Notes under the pieces: generated by a model
What the model was told of the DNA's origin: nothing
Databases searched by the model: none
What the model saw: only the letters and a program-made list of their open reading frames with translations
In this document: piece by piece, positions 1-12,300 of the stretch
Position numbering within the stretch: position 1 is the stretch's first letter
How the letters are laid out: every line of letters starts with the position of its first letter
Origin: Trichoplax adhaerens
Taxonomy: Eukaryota > Animalia > Placozoa
Direction of reading: 5' to 3'
DNA length: 64,000 bases
Assembly (NCBI RefSeq): GCF_000150275.1
Contig: NW_002060945.1
Location: forward strand, 2,627,172-2,691,171
Made by a program: the position numbers and the translations under genes

Positions 1-73
1 TATAATAATTAGATTTGCTGATTTGAGATGCTACTTAAAGAATGGCAAACTAAACTATTTCATTAAAATATAG

Positions 74-3000
74 ATCAATGTAATCCCAATCCATGTCTTC
101 ATGATGGCAATTGTACGAGGGCAGGTAAAAGTTTTTCCTGCGCGTGCCATGAAAATTATAACGGAAGAAGTTGTGAAAATGGTATGTAAGCATGTATCAT
201 ATAACTCAATCACCAAAGCATCACTCATGATAATAAATTGATGATCAGTTTTATTCATAACAGTAATTAAACTTAAAAATACTCAATGTAAGTGGTAACT
301 TTTTCACTGCTAAAGTTTCAGGTATTGCAAAACAAATAACATTTATGCTAAACTCGTAGTAGGATCGTAACCTATTGTGTTAACGTCCAATATACGACAT
401 TTAGTTAAACTATAGCCTTTATCCTTGTAAACTACGATAGTATGATCATATACTAAAATCCGTCAAGGATAGAAATGTGCCACTGAGCAATGATATTTTA
501 AGAGCCGGCAATTCTACTTGTAATTACAGTAATGGTTTTATTAATCAAAGTAAGCATTAATTAGGTTATTTTTGTTGCGTTGTTTAAAATTTTATTATAT
601 CATAACTTAGATATGAAAGATTATTAAGCATAAGAATAAGTATTGATACTGAGAACAATGAGTAATAAGTACAGTAATATATATTTATACCATTTTTGGA
701 AACTCCTAAAGATACTGTACTCATTCTAAGATATTAGCTAAATAGTTATTTTTTCAATGAAAGTAAATATTGTTTCGGCTAGTTTTTATTATTATGATTA
801 AATTTTAATATCATATTACAACCAAGACATCAACGATTATTAAACATAAGAACAAGTACTGATATTGAGTACCATAAGAATGAATATACAGTACAGTAAT
901 GTATATTTATACCTTTTTTGGAAATTCCTAAAAGTACCATACGGTACTGATTCTAAAATATCAGATACGCATAAAATTCGAATATGAAACAAGTTAATTT
1001 TGAAAACATTAGGTACTTATATCCCTTCTTTAATTTTACAGTAAAGAACTAACTGTAATTTAAACCTGTTGTAAACTCAAGATAACTTGTTATCAAATTT
1101 TTCAGCAGAAAAGCATCAGTAATCATACTACAGCCATTACTTTTAACTTACATAGACAATATGAAGCCTTTAATAACTAAGAGCTCCATTTACAGATCTA
1201 AATTCTTGCCGAAGTAATCCTTGTATTCATGGAAGATGTCAAAATATAAATTATTCTTATCTATGCCAATGCCATGCTGGCTACACGGGGACAGATTGTG
1301 AATTAGGTATATTTATATCGCGTATGATAATTAACATACAAATGTAGCGATTCGTGTTTGCCTAAGTAAAAAAATTCTTTCATTTAGACATTGATGAGTG
1401 TACTGAGAATATAAAAAAATGCAAAGAATTATGCATTAACTCATATGGCAACTATTCTTGCGGTTGTCATCATGGCAGGGAATTATCAAATGACAAAATT
1501 TCTTGTTACGGTATTATTTGCTTACTATATAAGCCTTTCTCATAAGTTAAAAATATCCTTATTTAATGTTTTCAATATCAAAGCTCAAAGTTAAAACTAT
1601 TTGGCATTTCTTTATTTTTTCCGCCAATTGCAGATCCATGCAAAAATGCAATTATGATTAATGATTCTAGTCGATCAGTTTACACATTGAGCAATAATTT
1701 CCTCAAATGCGATAAAGAAGGCTGGAAGACGGCTTGGTATCGATTTAATGGCGGAGTCAATAGCCAGATGATGGCGACAGGATACGTCAAAATTACTTCA
1801 TGTGAGACGATATTCCCTGGATGGTTAAAGGGCAATCATCCTACAGGTAACGCTGCTAAAATATCATCTACTTAAAAGCAGCATTATCTAAGCTACTAAT
1901 ATATCAAATTAAGATTTTTTTGCTTTTAAAATTAACTAACTATCATCATAGTCATCAAGAATTCCACTACTGGATATTTTATCTTTAAGCTATGCTTGAA
2001 TAATAGTAAACATCTAAAACTGAAAGGCAGCATTAAAACTCATATCTCATTCATAAGTAATCTATGAAACGACATATATTTGACACGACTTTATTTCAGC
2101 TATAAAATCAATTTCTAATTTATTTCCAGTCAAGCAAGGCATCATCAATGGTACCGTATGCTTTACATCTGGTACTCTTCGCTGCCAAAAAAAGCAATAC
2201 ATTAAGATCAAAAATTGTCATTCCTACTTTGTTTATTATCTTCCACCTGTATCTGAATGTTATCAACGCTATTGCACAGATAGATATGGTAAAGTTTGCA
2301 TTGATTCACTAATAAATTAAGAGGTTTCACAGTAGTCATTTTAATGGATTAGTAGCATATATTAGTAATGCGCTACAACTTTATATTCAATCTGGTATAA
2401 AATAAATTTGAGTAACTTACAAGCAGCTATAATTTTGGTACCTTAGCACTATTTGTTACTAAAATCATCCAGCAACATGAGGATATACCAGGATGCTAGT
2501 GATATGCATACGTACGCAAACACAGCAGTTTTACAATACATACTTAGTATAGGATGAAATTAAAATCTTAGTTTGCTATGCATAGCAGTATATTTAGCGA
2601 GCATTTGCTCGATGTAAGATTGAATTTGGTGTATTTATCGTAGATACAGTTAGCTTTGATTTTACGACGGTGGTTTATACTTTTTCTTACAGATTTTTGT
2701 AGCTCTAACCCTTGTTTGAATGGTACATGCACTGATAGTCCTTCAGGATTTCGATGCCAATGTAATCATGGGTATACTGGATTATACTGTCATCAAGGTA
2801 GGCTTGGTAAAAATAAATTGTAGAGAACCGTCATCTTGACATAAAAGACGGTCATATTCCTGATTCAAAAGCTCTGATTTCATTACGAGTCGTACGGTCG
2901 CTATATTTGTATATATAGATTGACCTGATTTTCACTTATATATGGTATAATGCCTTTACGTAGCTATTGATATAGGGTGCTAAATTAATTAACATTCTAG

Positions 3001-6000
3001 AGTTGAGGGAATTTTTACCTTTATGGTTAATCCTAGTAATTTTCGTTATTACTCTAGTGATTTAGAATAGTCTGTGTATCTTCTGGACGTGGTATAAAAT
3101 GCTAATAAACCCATCTAAAGTATATTTTAAATCTAGTTACCTTGATTTTCTTTTGTATCGTACCAGTGAATTTACATAACTATTGACATGGAGATGCTAA
3201 ATTAATTAGCTCTCTAGAGTATAGGCTATTTTTTACCTCTACGCTTAATCCAAGTATCGTTCGTTATTATTCTAGGAATTTAAAATAGCTTGTGTATCTT
3301 CTATATATGATATAAAATGCTAATAAACCTACCTAAGACGCATTTAAACCAAGTTATATTCCAACCAATGCATTTAGCTCTGAAAGAATGCGATCGTAAA
3401 CCATGCGAAAACGGTATTTGCGTACAACATCAAAACAGTTATAAATGCCGATGTAATCCAGGTTTCAAAGGAATAAACTGCGAAAAAGGTTGAAAGAATT
3501 TAAAAAAATTCGTTTATAACATATAGATATTAAATAACTCTTACCTAGAGTATACGCGTGCGATAACATTGACCTAATGCGACACTTCAAATTAATGCAA
3601 CTTCTGAGCTATAATAAATTCTTTAGTAAGCTACTAATTATATACTATATTATTATTTCCCGTAGATACTGATGAATGTAAGAATAATAACGGTGGCTGT
3701 TCTAATGACTGTCATAATACATTCGGCAGTTATACATGCAAATGTCCTTCAGATCTAGTCTTAGCACAGAATGGCCACAATTGCTACGGTAAGTATCTAA
3801 GGAGTCAAGTGTTATTAAAACACATAACTGCTTCATTAGATGATAGCAATTATTTCCGATAGGTTAGCCAATATAAATGGTCTAAGCCAAATCTAGTTGA
3901 TTTTGATAAGACAATATTATATTTAGGATGCTACTAATGATGTTACGTAAGAACTTGGTTAATATGTTATACCCATTCCACCGCTAGATCCATGCAACAA
4001 CTACTTACAGTCCTTTGATCGATCACGGCATCTTTCTGATCGAATAAAGTTCCCTCTCCTCTGCGATAATCACTTCAGCAAAAACACTTGGTATCGCTTT
4101 AATATTAATTCGACATCAATGGTCCTTCCAACAGAATGTACTCCTATGCGACGTTGCCAAACTACATTGTCCGGTTGGATGAACGGATCACATCCTTCAA
4201 GTAATGTATCACTTTTCCATGAGCTTATAGAATTTACTTCAATGGTATTAAAGTTGAGCAAACAACTTAAAATGTTTTTTGACGATGTACTTTTGAAAGA
4301 GAATTGAAAGTGTTATTGCTTAGTAATATGTACTGCTAGCTTCTATCACAGCAATAAATATTCTTTCTTTATGTAATCATGATCGTTATCTAGAACAAGA
4401 AGGAATTGTTAGCAGAAAGGCTTGTTTTAGCTATGCAAATGACTGCTGTTATAAATCCAACAATATTAGGGTCAAAAATTGTTCTAATTACATAGTGTAC
4501 AACCTTCCCGAGGTGAATTGTAATCCACCTAGTAGATACTGCGTCGTAGAAAACAGTAAGTTCCTAATTGAATACCAGAACGGTGATGAGCAAATTCTGA
4601 TTCTAACATATTGATATATTTATATCGATTAATATAGACCTTAATTTGACAATATTTTGAATTTTTTTAGACATATGCAAGGCTGACACATGTTTGAATA
4701 ATGGTAAATGTTTTACAGTTAATGCTACACATTTTCATTGCCTGTGTCAAGCTGGCTATACAGGAAAGCAATGTGAGCTTGGTATGTAAAATTTATAACG
4801 ATCATTTTCCATCTTTAAATTTTTCACGATATATCATTGTGCAGTACCAATTAATTTTCTGAAAGATTAATTATAAACTCAAGTGATTTACGCTTGCAAT
4901 ATTATCTTCTTTGTTCTCAATATGAGCATTTCCTTTTCGCCTAACAGTTATTAATGCCTGCCAATCTAATCCATGCTACGAGGGAACTTGCATTAGTTAC
5001 ATCAATAAGTACGTTTGTAAATGCATGCCAGGGACAACGGGAGTAAATTGTAATCAAGGTAGTGCAATTTTCTAAATAAGCAATTAGTAATTGATTTCGG
5101 TGTTAAGTGCCGCTTTGCATAACATCAACTAGATCTTGATGAATGCTCAATTAACAACGGTGGCTGCAGCGATATCTGCGTTAACTTGTATGGAAGTTAC
5201 GATTGCGAGTGTCCGAAATATAAAATCCTCGCTGATGACAGACGTACCTGTAGAGGTATAATTATAAAATTCTATTGCTTTATAGTAATCAAAGGAATTC
5301 ACAATTTCAAGTACTTAAATATTTTATTGTTACAATGAACGAATCTCAAGTATCGATAATCATTTACACGATTAGATCCTTGCGAAATTCGAGCCATAAA
5401 ATTAAATAATACCGCATCACAGTCTTTAAGCTATAATCAGGCTATAAAACTCCATCAAGAATGTCAATCGCATAATTCATGGATTAGTTATTATCATTGG
5501 TACAGTGCTGATCAAACAAAACCCTGCACAAGCATAGCTAGAAGACTAGGTGTTAAGCAAACAGGTAAAATATTTTCCAAGTGTGAAACAATCACCTTTG
5601 GATTTCTCAATCAACCGTATATACAATCTGATTACGCGATTAATTTTCAAGCGCTTTCTGTAAGCTTCGTGTTAGGCAATAATGAAGTGTTTCTATAACC
5701 GCAAATAGAAGTTTGAAATAATGTTCTTACCGATCATATTTTAAAATCGGAAGTGTATTCTTATTATACATGTACTATTTATTTCACTGGCTAATGGAAT
5801 GCGGACAATCGTAATTTTTGGCCTAATTCTATATAGTGGTTGTTTTTCCCCAAGTAAAAATAGTTAATATCTAATTAATTGCGAGCTGACGCCTATACAA
5901 GTAATCGTTCTGCTTTTAGCAAAAGTTTACTAACGCAAATCAGCATAGGAACTGTAAAATCTTAATATTGATCTTACCCTAAATTAAGAACAGCATAATA

Positions 6001-8318
6001 GTAGCACTATTTCAGTTCACTAACTAGATATAATCATCTTTCTTAGACAATCAGAGTAATGAACAAATTGAGAGTTTTACGGTATGTATTAAAGCAAACT
6101 CTCATTCTTGTGCCCGCAAAGCGATAATTCATGCCAAAAAGTGTGCAGGTTACACAGTGTACGGAGCCAAGCCAGTGACTGCTTGCTATTTGAATGCTTG
6201 CAGCAAAATCCAAGGTAGTTACTAATACTTTATGATAACATACAGTAATGCTCCGCCTCATGATTTTTCCTAACTTACAATATTAAATGTTCTGCCGATT
6301 GTCAATGTAGACGACTGCTTATCAAATCCATGCCATCATGGAGTATGCATCATGAAAGAGACCAGCTTTCAATGCCACTGCGAAGATGGCTATTTTGGAC
6401 GCTATTGCCAATTAAGTAACCTAAATTACAATATTTTGAAATGATTGCTGTTTTTATTATTATTACAATTATTTAATCCATCAGTCTTTCATATAATTGT
6501 CAAATATAATCGCTAGTGTAGTAATCGATACAAATTTTAGCCTCTTGTTTTTCGAATATATCCTTGGGATAGGTGTCTGTCAATCAAATCCTTGCTACAG
6601 TGGCCTTTGTCAGCCTACAGCAAATGGATATCGATGCCAGTGTTTTAAAGGATTTTATGGAAAGCAATGCGAATTCGGTTAGCTATAGTAGTATAGAGCA
6701 AAAGATCAGCATAGAACTGTACCAGGCTGCATAATAATGCAGCTCCCTTGAAATTATTCTGTTCGAATATTAAATCTATAATAAAATCGAATAATGGTTA
6801 CATAGAGAAAAAGATCAAGTGTTCTAGCAAATACTATTATAGTAGAGTTTCATTTTTAAGCAATATAAATATCGATACGTGAGTACGATTTATATATGTA
6901 TTGAACAGACGTATGCAACTCTAATCCTTGCGTAAATGGCCATTGCTTATTAAGTCATGGTGGATACCAGTGCATTTGTAATAAAGGATATAACGGTACA
7001 AATTGTGAATTAAGTAAGTCTACTTGTTTTTCAATATAATTTACAACAATGACTAACACCCAATTAGACTTCTTGTCCAATTTTAATCTGCTATTTGTTC
7101 TTAATAGAAAAAAATTAAACATTTTGACATGACAATATATATGAACGTGACCGTATGCGAAATCGGTCATTTTGCAAACTGCCCATATTTTTCTATCATT
7201 TGCAGGTATATGTAACAGCCACAGGAATCCTTGCCTTCATGGAAGCTGCGTTATTAAGAGTGATGGCGGCTATCGATGCAACTGCTTTTCTCAATATACT
7301 GGAGCTCATTGTGAAATTGGTAGGTGGCTTTATGTTTCAATTTATGTAAAGATGTTAACTACGCAACTGGAAATGAACAACCGGTAGTAGTTTGTAATCA
7401 TTTTTTCACTTTCTAAATAATCCTTTAACCACTAATACTTGATGAAAGATGATATGGTATAAACTTCTTCTGATTTAAGGAAAATGTTCATCAATTATAC
7501 TAAATTTGATCAGTTCTATTACTGAGATCGCTTACCTAGCGCATAAGTAGCATCATTCTTTGCTAATCAATCACTACCTTTCTATTTTAGAACAATGTTC
7601 AATGAGCTTTAAATCTTGCTTAGATATAGCTAGAAATAAGACCGTAACGCCACGTAATGGATTATACCGTGTTTATTATACCAGAGCATGCTTAGTCGAC
7701 GCTTATTTGCCGAGGATTTGGTGGATTTATTGCGATTTTACGTCTGAGCCCGGTTATGCATGGACATTAATTGAATCATTTTCACGCTATCAACGATATA
7801 ACCCAAACATTAATCTTGCATTTCGATATAGCAGTGGTGTTAATAATGGAGCAAGGCGAGGTAGCAATTGGTCCTATTTTCGCCTAAGCTTAGCTCAAAT
7901 GCATTACAGCTATGAGCAAGATCGCCTATTAACTTCACCAATGTGGCGCGCAACTTGCAATTATAACCCTGAAAACCCACACCGATATTATTCAAATCAC
8001 CCTTTCGATTATATGCGTGGTTACTTTGATCAATTTAATATCTTAAGCTATACTGGCCAAGGCAAATGTCGTCTTGTTGATTACATTGATATTCATGGCC
8101 ATCAATGTAGTAACTGTTTACGAGCATTTTGGGCAGACAGCGGAACTCACCTCCACACTAAATATTCTACAAAATTATGTTGTATTGGCAGGCAATGCTA
8201 CAGCAGTACAACTGGAAATGAAGATAATTTTGGCTATTATCAATACTATAATCCCATATTTTCATGTAGCAGTAGCCCACAAAGTACTACCAATTGGTGG
8301 ATTGGTGGTAAAATTTAA
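74..8318 (+). CDS. Multi-exon extracellular protein, 5' end outside window: [EGF-EGF-cbEGF-D8C(UMOD/GP2/OIT3-type Cys-rich)]x3, EGFx4, C-terminal fibrinogen-like/lectin-like domain
   Basis: Hand-spliced GT-AG exons, essentially all phase 1: 74-181 ([17 protein letters not shown]), 1196-1306, 1388-1510 (cbEGF DIDEC), 1634-1846 + 2130-2288 (D8[16 protein letters not shown] / VCF..IKNC..YC), 2693-2797, 3378-3488, 3666-3788, 3988-4200 + 4394-4555 (D8C), 4671-4781, 4948-5058, 5133-5255, 5376-~5564/5659 + ~6047-6214 (degenerate D8C), 6311-6415, 6573-6677, 6909-7013, 7206-7319, 7591-8318 ([36 protein letters not shown]). AATAAA at 8733. Confidence 0.88.
619..962. repeat. Imperfect intronic direct repeat, two ~120-bp copies ~216 bp apart
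   Basis: 619-735 (gattattaagcataagaataag..tttggaaactcctaaa) vs 835-962 (gattattaaacataagaacaag..tttggaaattcctaaa). Confidence 0.75.
2978..3357. repeat. Imperfect intronic direct repeat, two ~160-bp copies 217 bp apart
   Basis: tgctaaattaatta..tataaaatgctaataaacc occurs starting at 2978 and at 3195. Confidence 0.8.
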
Positions 8319-8855
8319 TGGATCAAATAAGTGATTAATTTTATTGAACATTCTTCCACTCTATTAAATTGAAGCTATCAGTATTGCAGTTTATACTGAT
8401 GATCGTATATTCTGCGGTTCGAGGTAGCTTTAAGATTTCAAGAAGTTATCAGCTAAAACATTATCGAAATTTGAAACTTTTTTTAAATGTGACTTTATTT
8501 TCCTTACCTTGTCATTCGTGGTATTAAATTTAAATTCGAATTGCGATGATCTAAATATTATTCTACATTGTGAAACTCTTTGCGTCTAAAAGCTGTTTAG
8601 CTAATTATTTGTTAACTGGCAATTAATGCTAGCACCAAATAATGATAACTAATTTCTTTACGTTTCTGTTAACAGTTCTTAACTATAAACATAACTGTGA
8701 TTTTTAATGATGTACTAGTGAAATTAATTTCCAATAAAAAATAGACTTTGTTCGTATTTGTTATATTTTAAGAGTATATTGTTATCGCATCCTTAATCTA
8801 GGTTTCTATAAACTTAGTGTTACTAGGGTCTTAAAATTACGTTTAGATCAGTTCT

Positions 8856-9341
8856 AAAACTATCATCTTTTAATTTCTTGACACTAAATGGCAGGAAATA
8901 AATAATCTATTTCTACTTTTTGTAACTGATTTATTATTTTTAACTTATGTATTACGTAACTGCCAGATCACTAATACAAATTTAGCTTGCATGTCCAGCA
9001 ACTGATGGTAATAATCGCTTCCAAAAATTATCATCTTTTAATTTTTTGACATTAAATGGTAATAAATATATAATCTATTTATAATTTCTACGATCGGTCC
9101 GTTATTTTCACTTATATATTGCTTAACTACTAGATCAATGATGCAAACTCAACTTGCATGCTCAACGAGTGATGGTATTCATTGTATCCTAAAATTATCA
9201 TCATTCTATTTTTGACACTAAATGGTAGAATGCATATAATCTATTTATACTTCCTGCTATCGATTCATTATTTTTACTAATTTATTGGCTACAAGATCAA
9301 TGACATAAACTCGATTTTGTATGCCCAAAAACTGATAGTAA
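8856..9341. repeat. Diverged tandem repeat, three ~167-bp units, intergenic
   Basis: Units start at ~8856, ~9024 and ~9191 with aaaa(c/t)tatcatc..gaca(c/t)taaatgg..ataatctattt..agatca..tga(t)ggta. Confidence 0.8.
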
Positions 9342-12300
9342 CAGTAAAATCGCAAGTGATTAGTTATAATTGATTAAATAATACAGAATACTCTGATCTA
9401 TTATTACTTTTGAGAGGAGTATAGCAGACTATTATTGCTTCAGATATGCGCTAACAAATATTAGAACAGTACCGGTATATGATTTATATGAGTTTTAACT
9501 CAGAAGGAGCTGAGGTGTAAAGCATCTCAGTGTGACGGAAACAAGTTGCTTTATTAAACTTAATTTAATTCTCTAATATGTATTAGTGAACTAATTTGAT
9601 TGCTGTGATTTCGAATCCAGGTTCGAAACGGAGGAAGGAGTAGTATTACGGCTGGTGTTTTACCGTAAATAATATTTTGTCTATTAAGCTTTTATAAAAC
9701 TGGTTAATGGTAGAACTAAAGGATCAGCATAGAAAGTATGTGTTAAAATTAAGACGGAGAATTTAATACTTAAACTTGTTTCCTGTTAGACCTTAGTGTT
9801 AAGACCAAATAAATGGATGGTATCAGTTAGCGTAATATTTTAATTAACATTCTCTACAGCTTATGCTATATATTAAATGAATTGCTCTAGAAAATAATAT
9901 CTGACTTATTAATTTATTAATTAACTTTTCCTTACACATAAATCTGTAAATAGCGTACAAAAGTATATGAGCTCGTTCTACGTCCTGAGTTAGAGCAGCC
10001 GTTCCTTTATGATTTATTACTACTGCTAGATTTTACTATAGTAAAGTACATTTACTACAAGTTAACCGAGCAGTGGTATTACTGTGTAGAAGTAGTTGGT
10101 CTTTATTCAGTAAATCTACTAAGTTAGTTGGAGATAGTTAAACTACTGCCGTATTTTCTGAAGAAAATTTACACGTAGGAATTCAATAATTTAAATGAGC
10201 TGATTTCTACCTTAATATTCATTTTCTCTTTTATTGCTACAAAAGTTAACTGAGTCACGACAAAATTTTTACACCTTTTCATTTCATGTTAATTAGTCTT
10301 ACTTGCTTTTTGCCTAAAGTTAAGACAGGACCGTAAATTACTTATTTCTGAATCCATATCGTTATGATATAATTCAGACCTAATGCTTATATAGTAAAAA
10401 GTTTCTGAAATAACTTTGTAGGTGTTCGTTTGAAGACGGTATGAATAAGATTACTTCTACAGGACTATGATCAAAATATACGAAAGTTGTCATCAGATAT
10501 CCAAGCCTAAGTACCGTCGCTAATAATTAGGCTGTTGCAATAAAGATTCCTTTCCATCTCCCGCTGGCGATTCGATTAAATAAATAAATTAACACGCGTT
10601 TATTCAGAATTTAATTTTAATCTTTTTATAAGGTTAATGATAAATCTTCATCACTACGACTACAAAGTCAATTTTGCAACATCTTCCATAGTATGCCTTT
10701 GATTTAACACCTGCTACTCGTCTATGTATGCTATTCTTTTTATGTCGCTACTTTAAATATTATATGGCTACCATATTCTAAGTTGCCAAAGAGTAAAGTT
10801 TAGGGACTAACAATTATATTAAAGTCGATTTCTGCATATTAACTGCTTTAATGAATTTAACTCTAAATAGAAAGCAGCATCTACGGATACTGACTGTATT
10901 GCTGTTGCGATTGAGGCTGTATCCTATGTGTTAGGGTTATACTGCTGCAATGGGTTGTACATATCTTATTCTAAAATGGATTGTTAAAAATTATAATATT
11001 AGCATGCACATATTTCAAACGTATGCTCACTGAAGAAGACAAACAGAGAGTTCATTTTGAAAGATCATGAGTCGCGTTATGAACTTATTTTGTAAATGGA
11101 TAGCATATAAGTTTGCAGTATACCAGTAAATAACTGAAAAGTGAATTGAGCTAACTCGGTCATTAATCTGATCCAATCATTCTCTTAGTTCCACTGCATT
11201 CACAAATATCTTATAATAATATTAGAATCGAGTAAAAAACGACAAAAATGAAAAGTTCAAGGGTGACTTCGCTCTGAACGTATGAAATCTAGCTATAAGA
11301 AATTTCAGTTATAAAATTCTGACGCAAATCTGTTGATCACAGTAAATAAACATGTTGATTTATGTCAACAAGAAATCGATCAATGTCCAACTTTGATCGG
11401 GCTCCGCCACAAAGATTCCATTATTGCAACTTCTACTCGCTATTAGATTATGCTATATAATCTTACCTAAATTATTATCATATAAAATCACTCATCCAGC
11501 TTTCTGATATAGGTAAAACCAATACTATACCAGTAATTTCTAAATTTTTAGCTTTCAAAATTAACAAATAAGGCTAAATATCTCTAAAAAAATTTCGGTC
11601 AAGTAATCTGAGCTATTTGTATACCGGTGTTCAAAAATTTCTAATCACGGTACGGCTCTTATATGTGTTATTTATTCATTTTTTGCAATTGTTTCAGCAT
11701 GGAAGCATGTAGCAGATTCAACAAAGATACTTTATCTCAATTTATTTTTTATCCCAATAATAATAATATATCAAAAATGTCAATAAAAGGCCAATATTGG
11801 TCATATCAGTGAGATATTTAACAACGTCATAAGCTACTAATTTGAAATGCAGATTCATTAAGCAAACCAGCTAGCTCATAGTCCACAACCCCAGCTAATC
11901 GAACTGATTAAAAAATTTTGCTTGATCGCAGCAATATACCAATAGCGCTCTTCATCAGTTCAAGCTTGGTCATTTGAATTAAAGATCTTAGCAATTAATG
12001 TAATTCCAGAAAATGGCATCGTTAAGGCTAATGCAAGCTTTTACGCTTGTTTATATATTCACGGTAACGATCGAAGCGTTAAAACTCTTTTTATTGTCGT
12101 ATAAAGACCTAATAAATACATGATGAATTAAAGTTTGGCTTGCGATTGCTATCTAAAATGTACTAATCCACTTTGTAAATTTATGCGTAGATCCTTCATG
12201 TACTTGTCCTCGGCCAAGGTAAGATGCCTTATTAGCTTTGACCTTTATAGCTAGATATGATCCTGAAATTTGATACTATTTCCGTTATTATTTCCATCAC

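Noticed and set aside
9605-9635. GGTTCGAAAC / TTCGAATCC tRNA B-box-like words
   Set aside because: No cloverleaf, acceptor stem or A box can be built around them.
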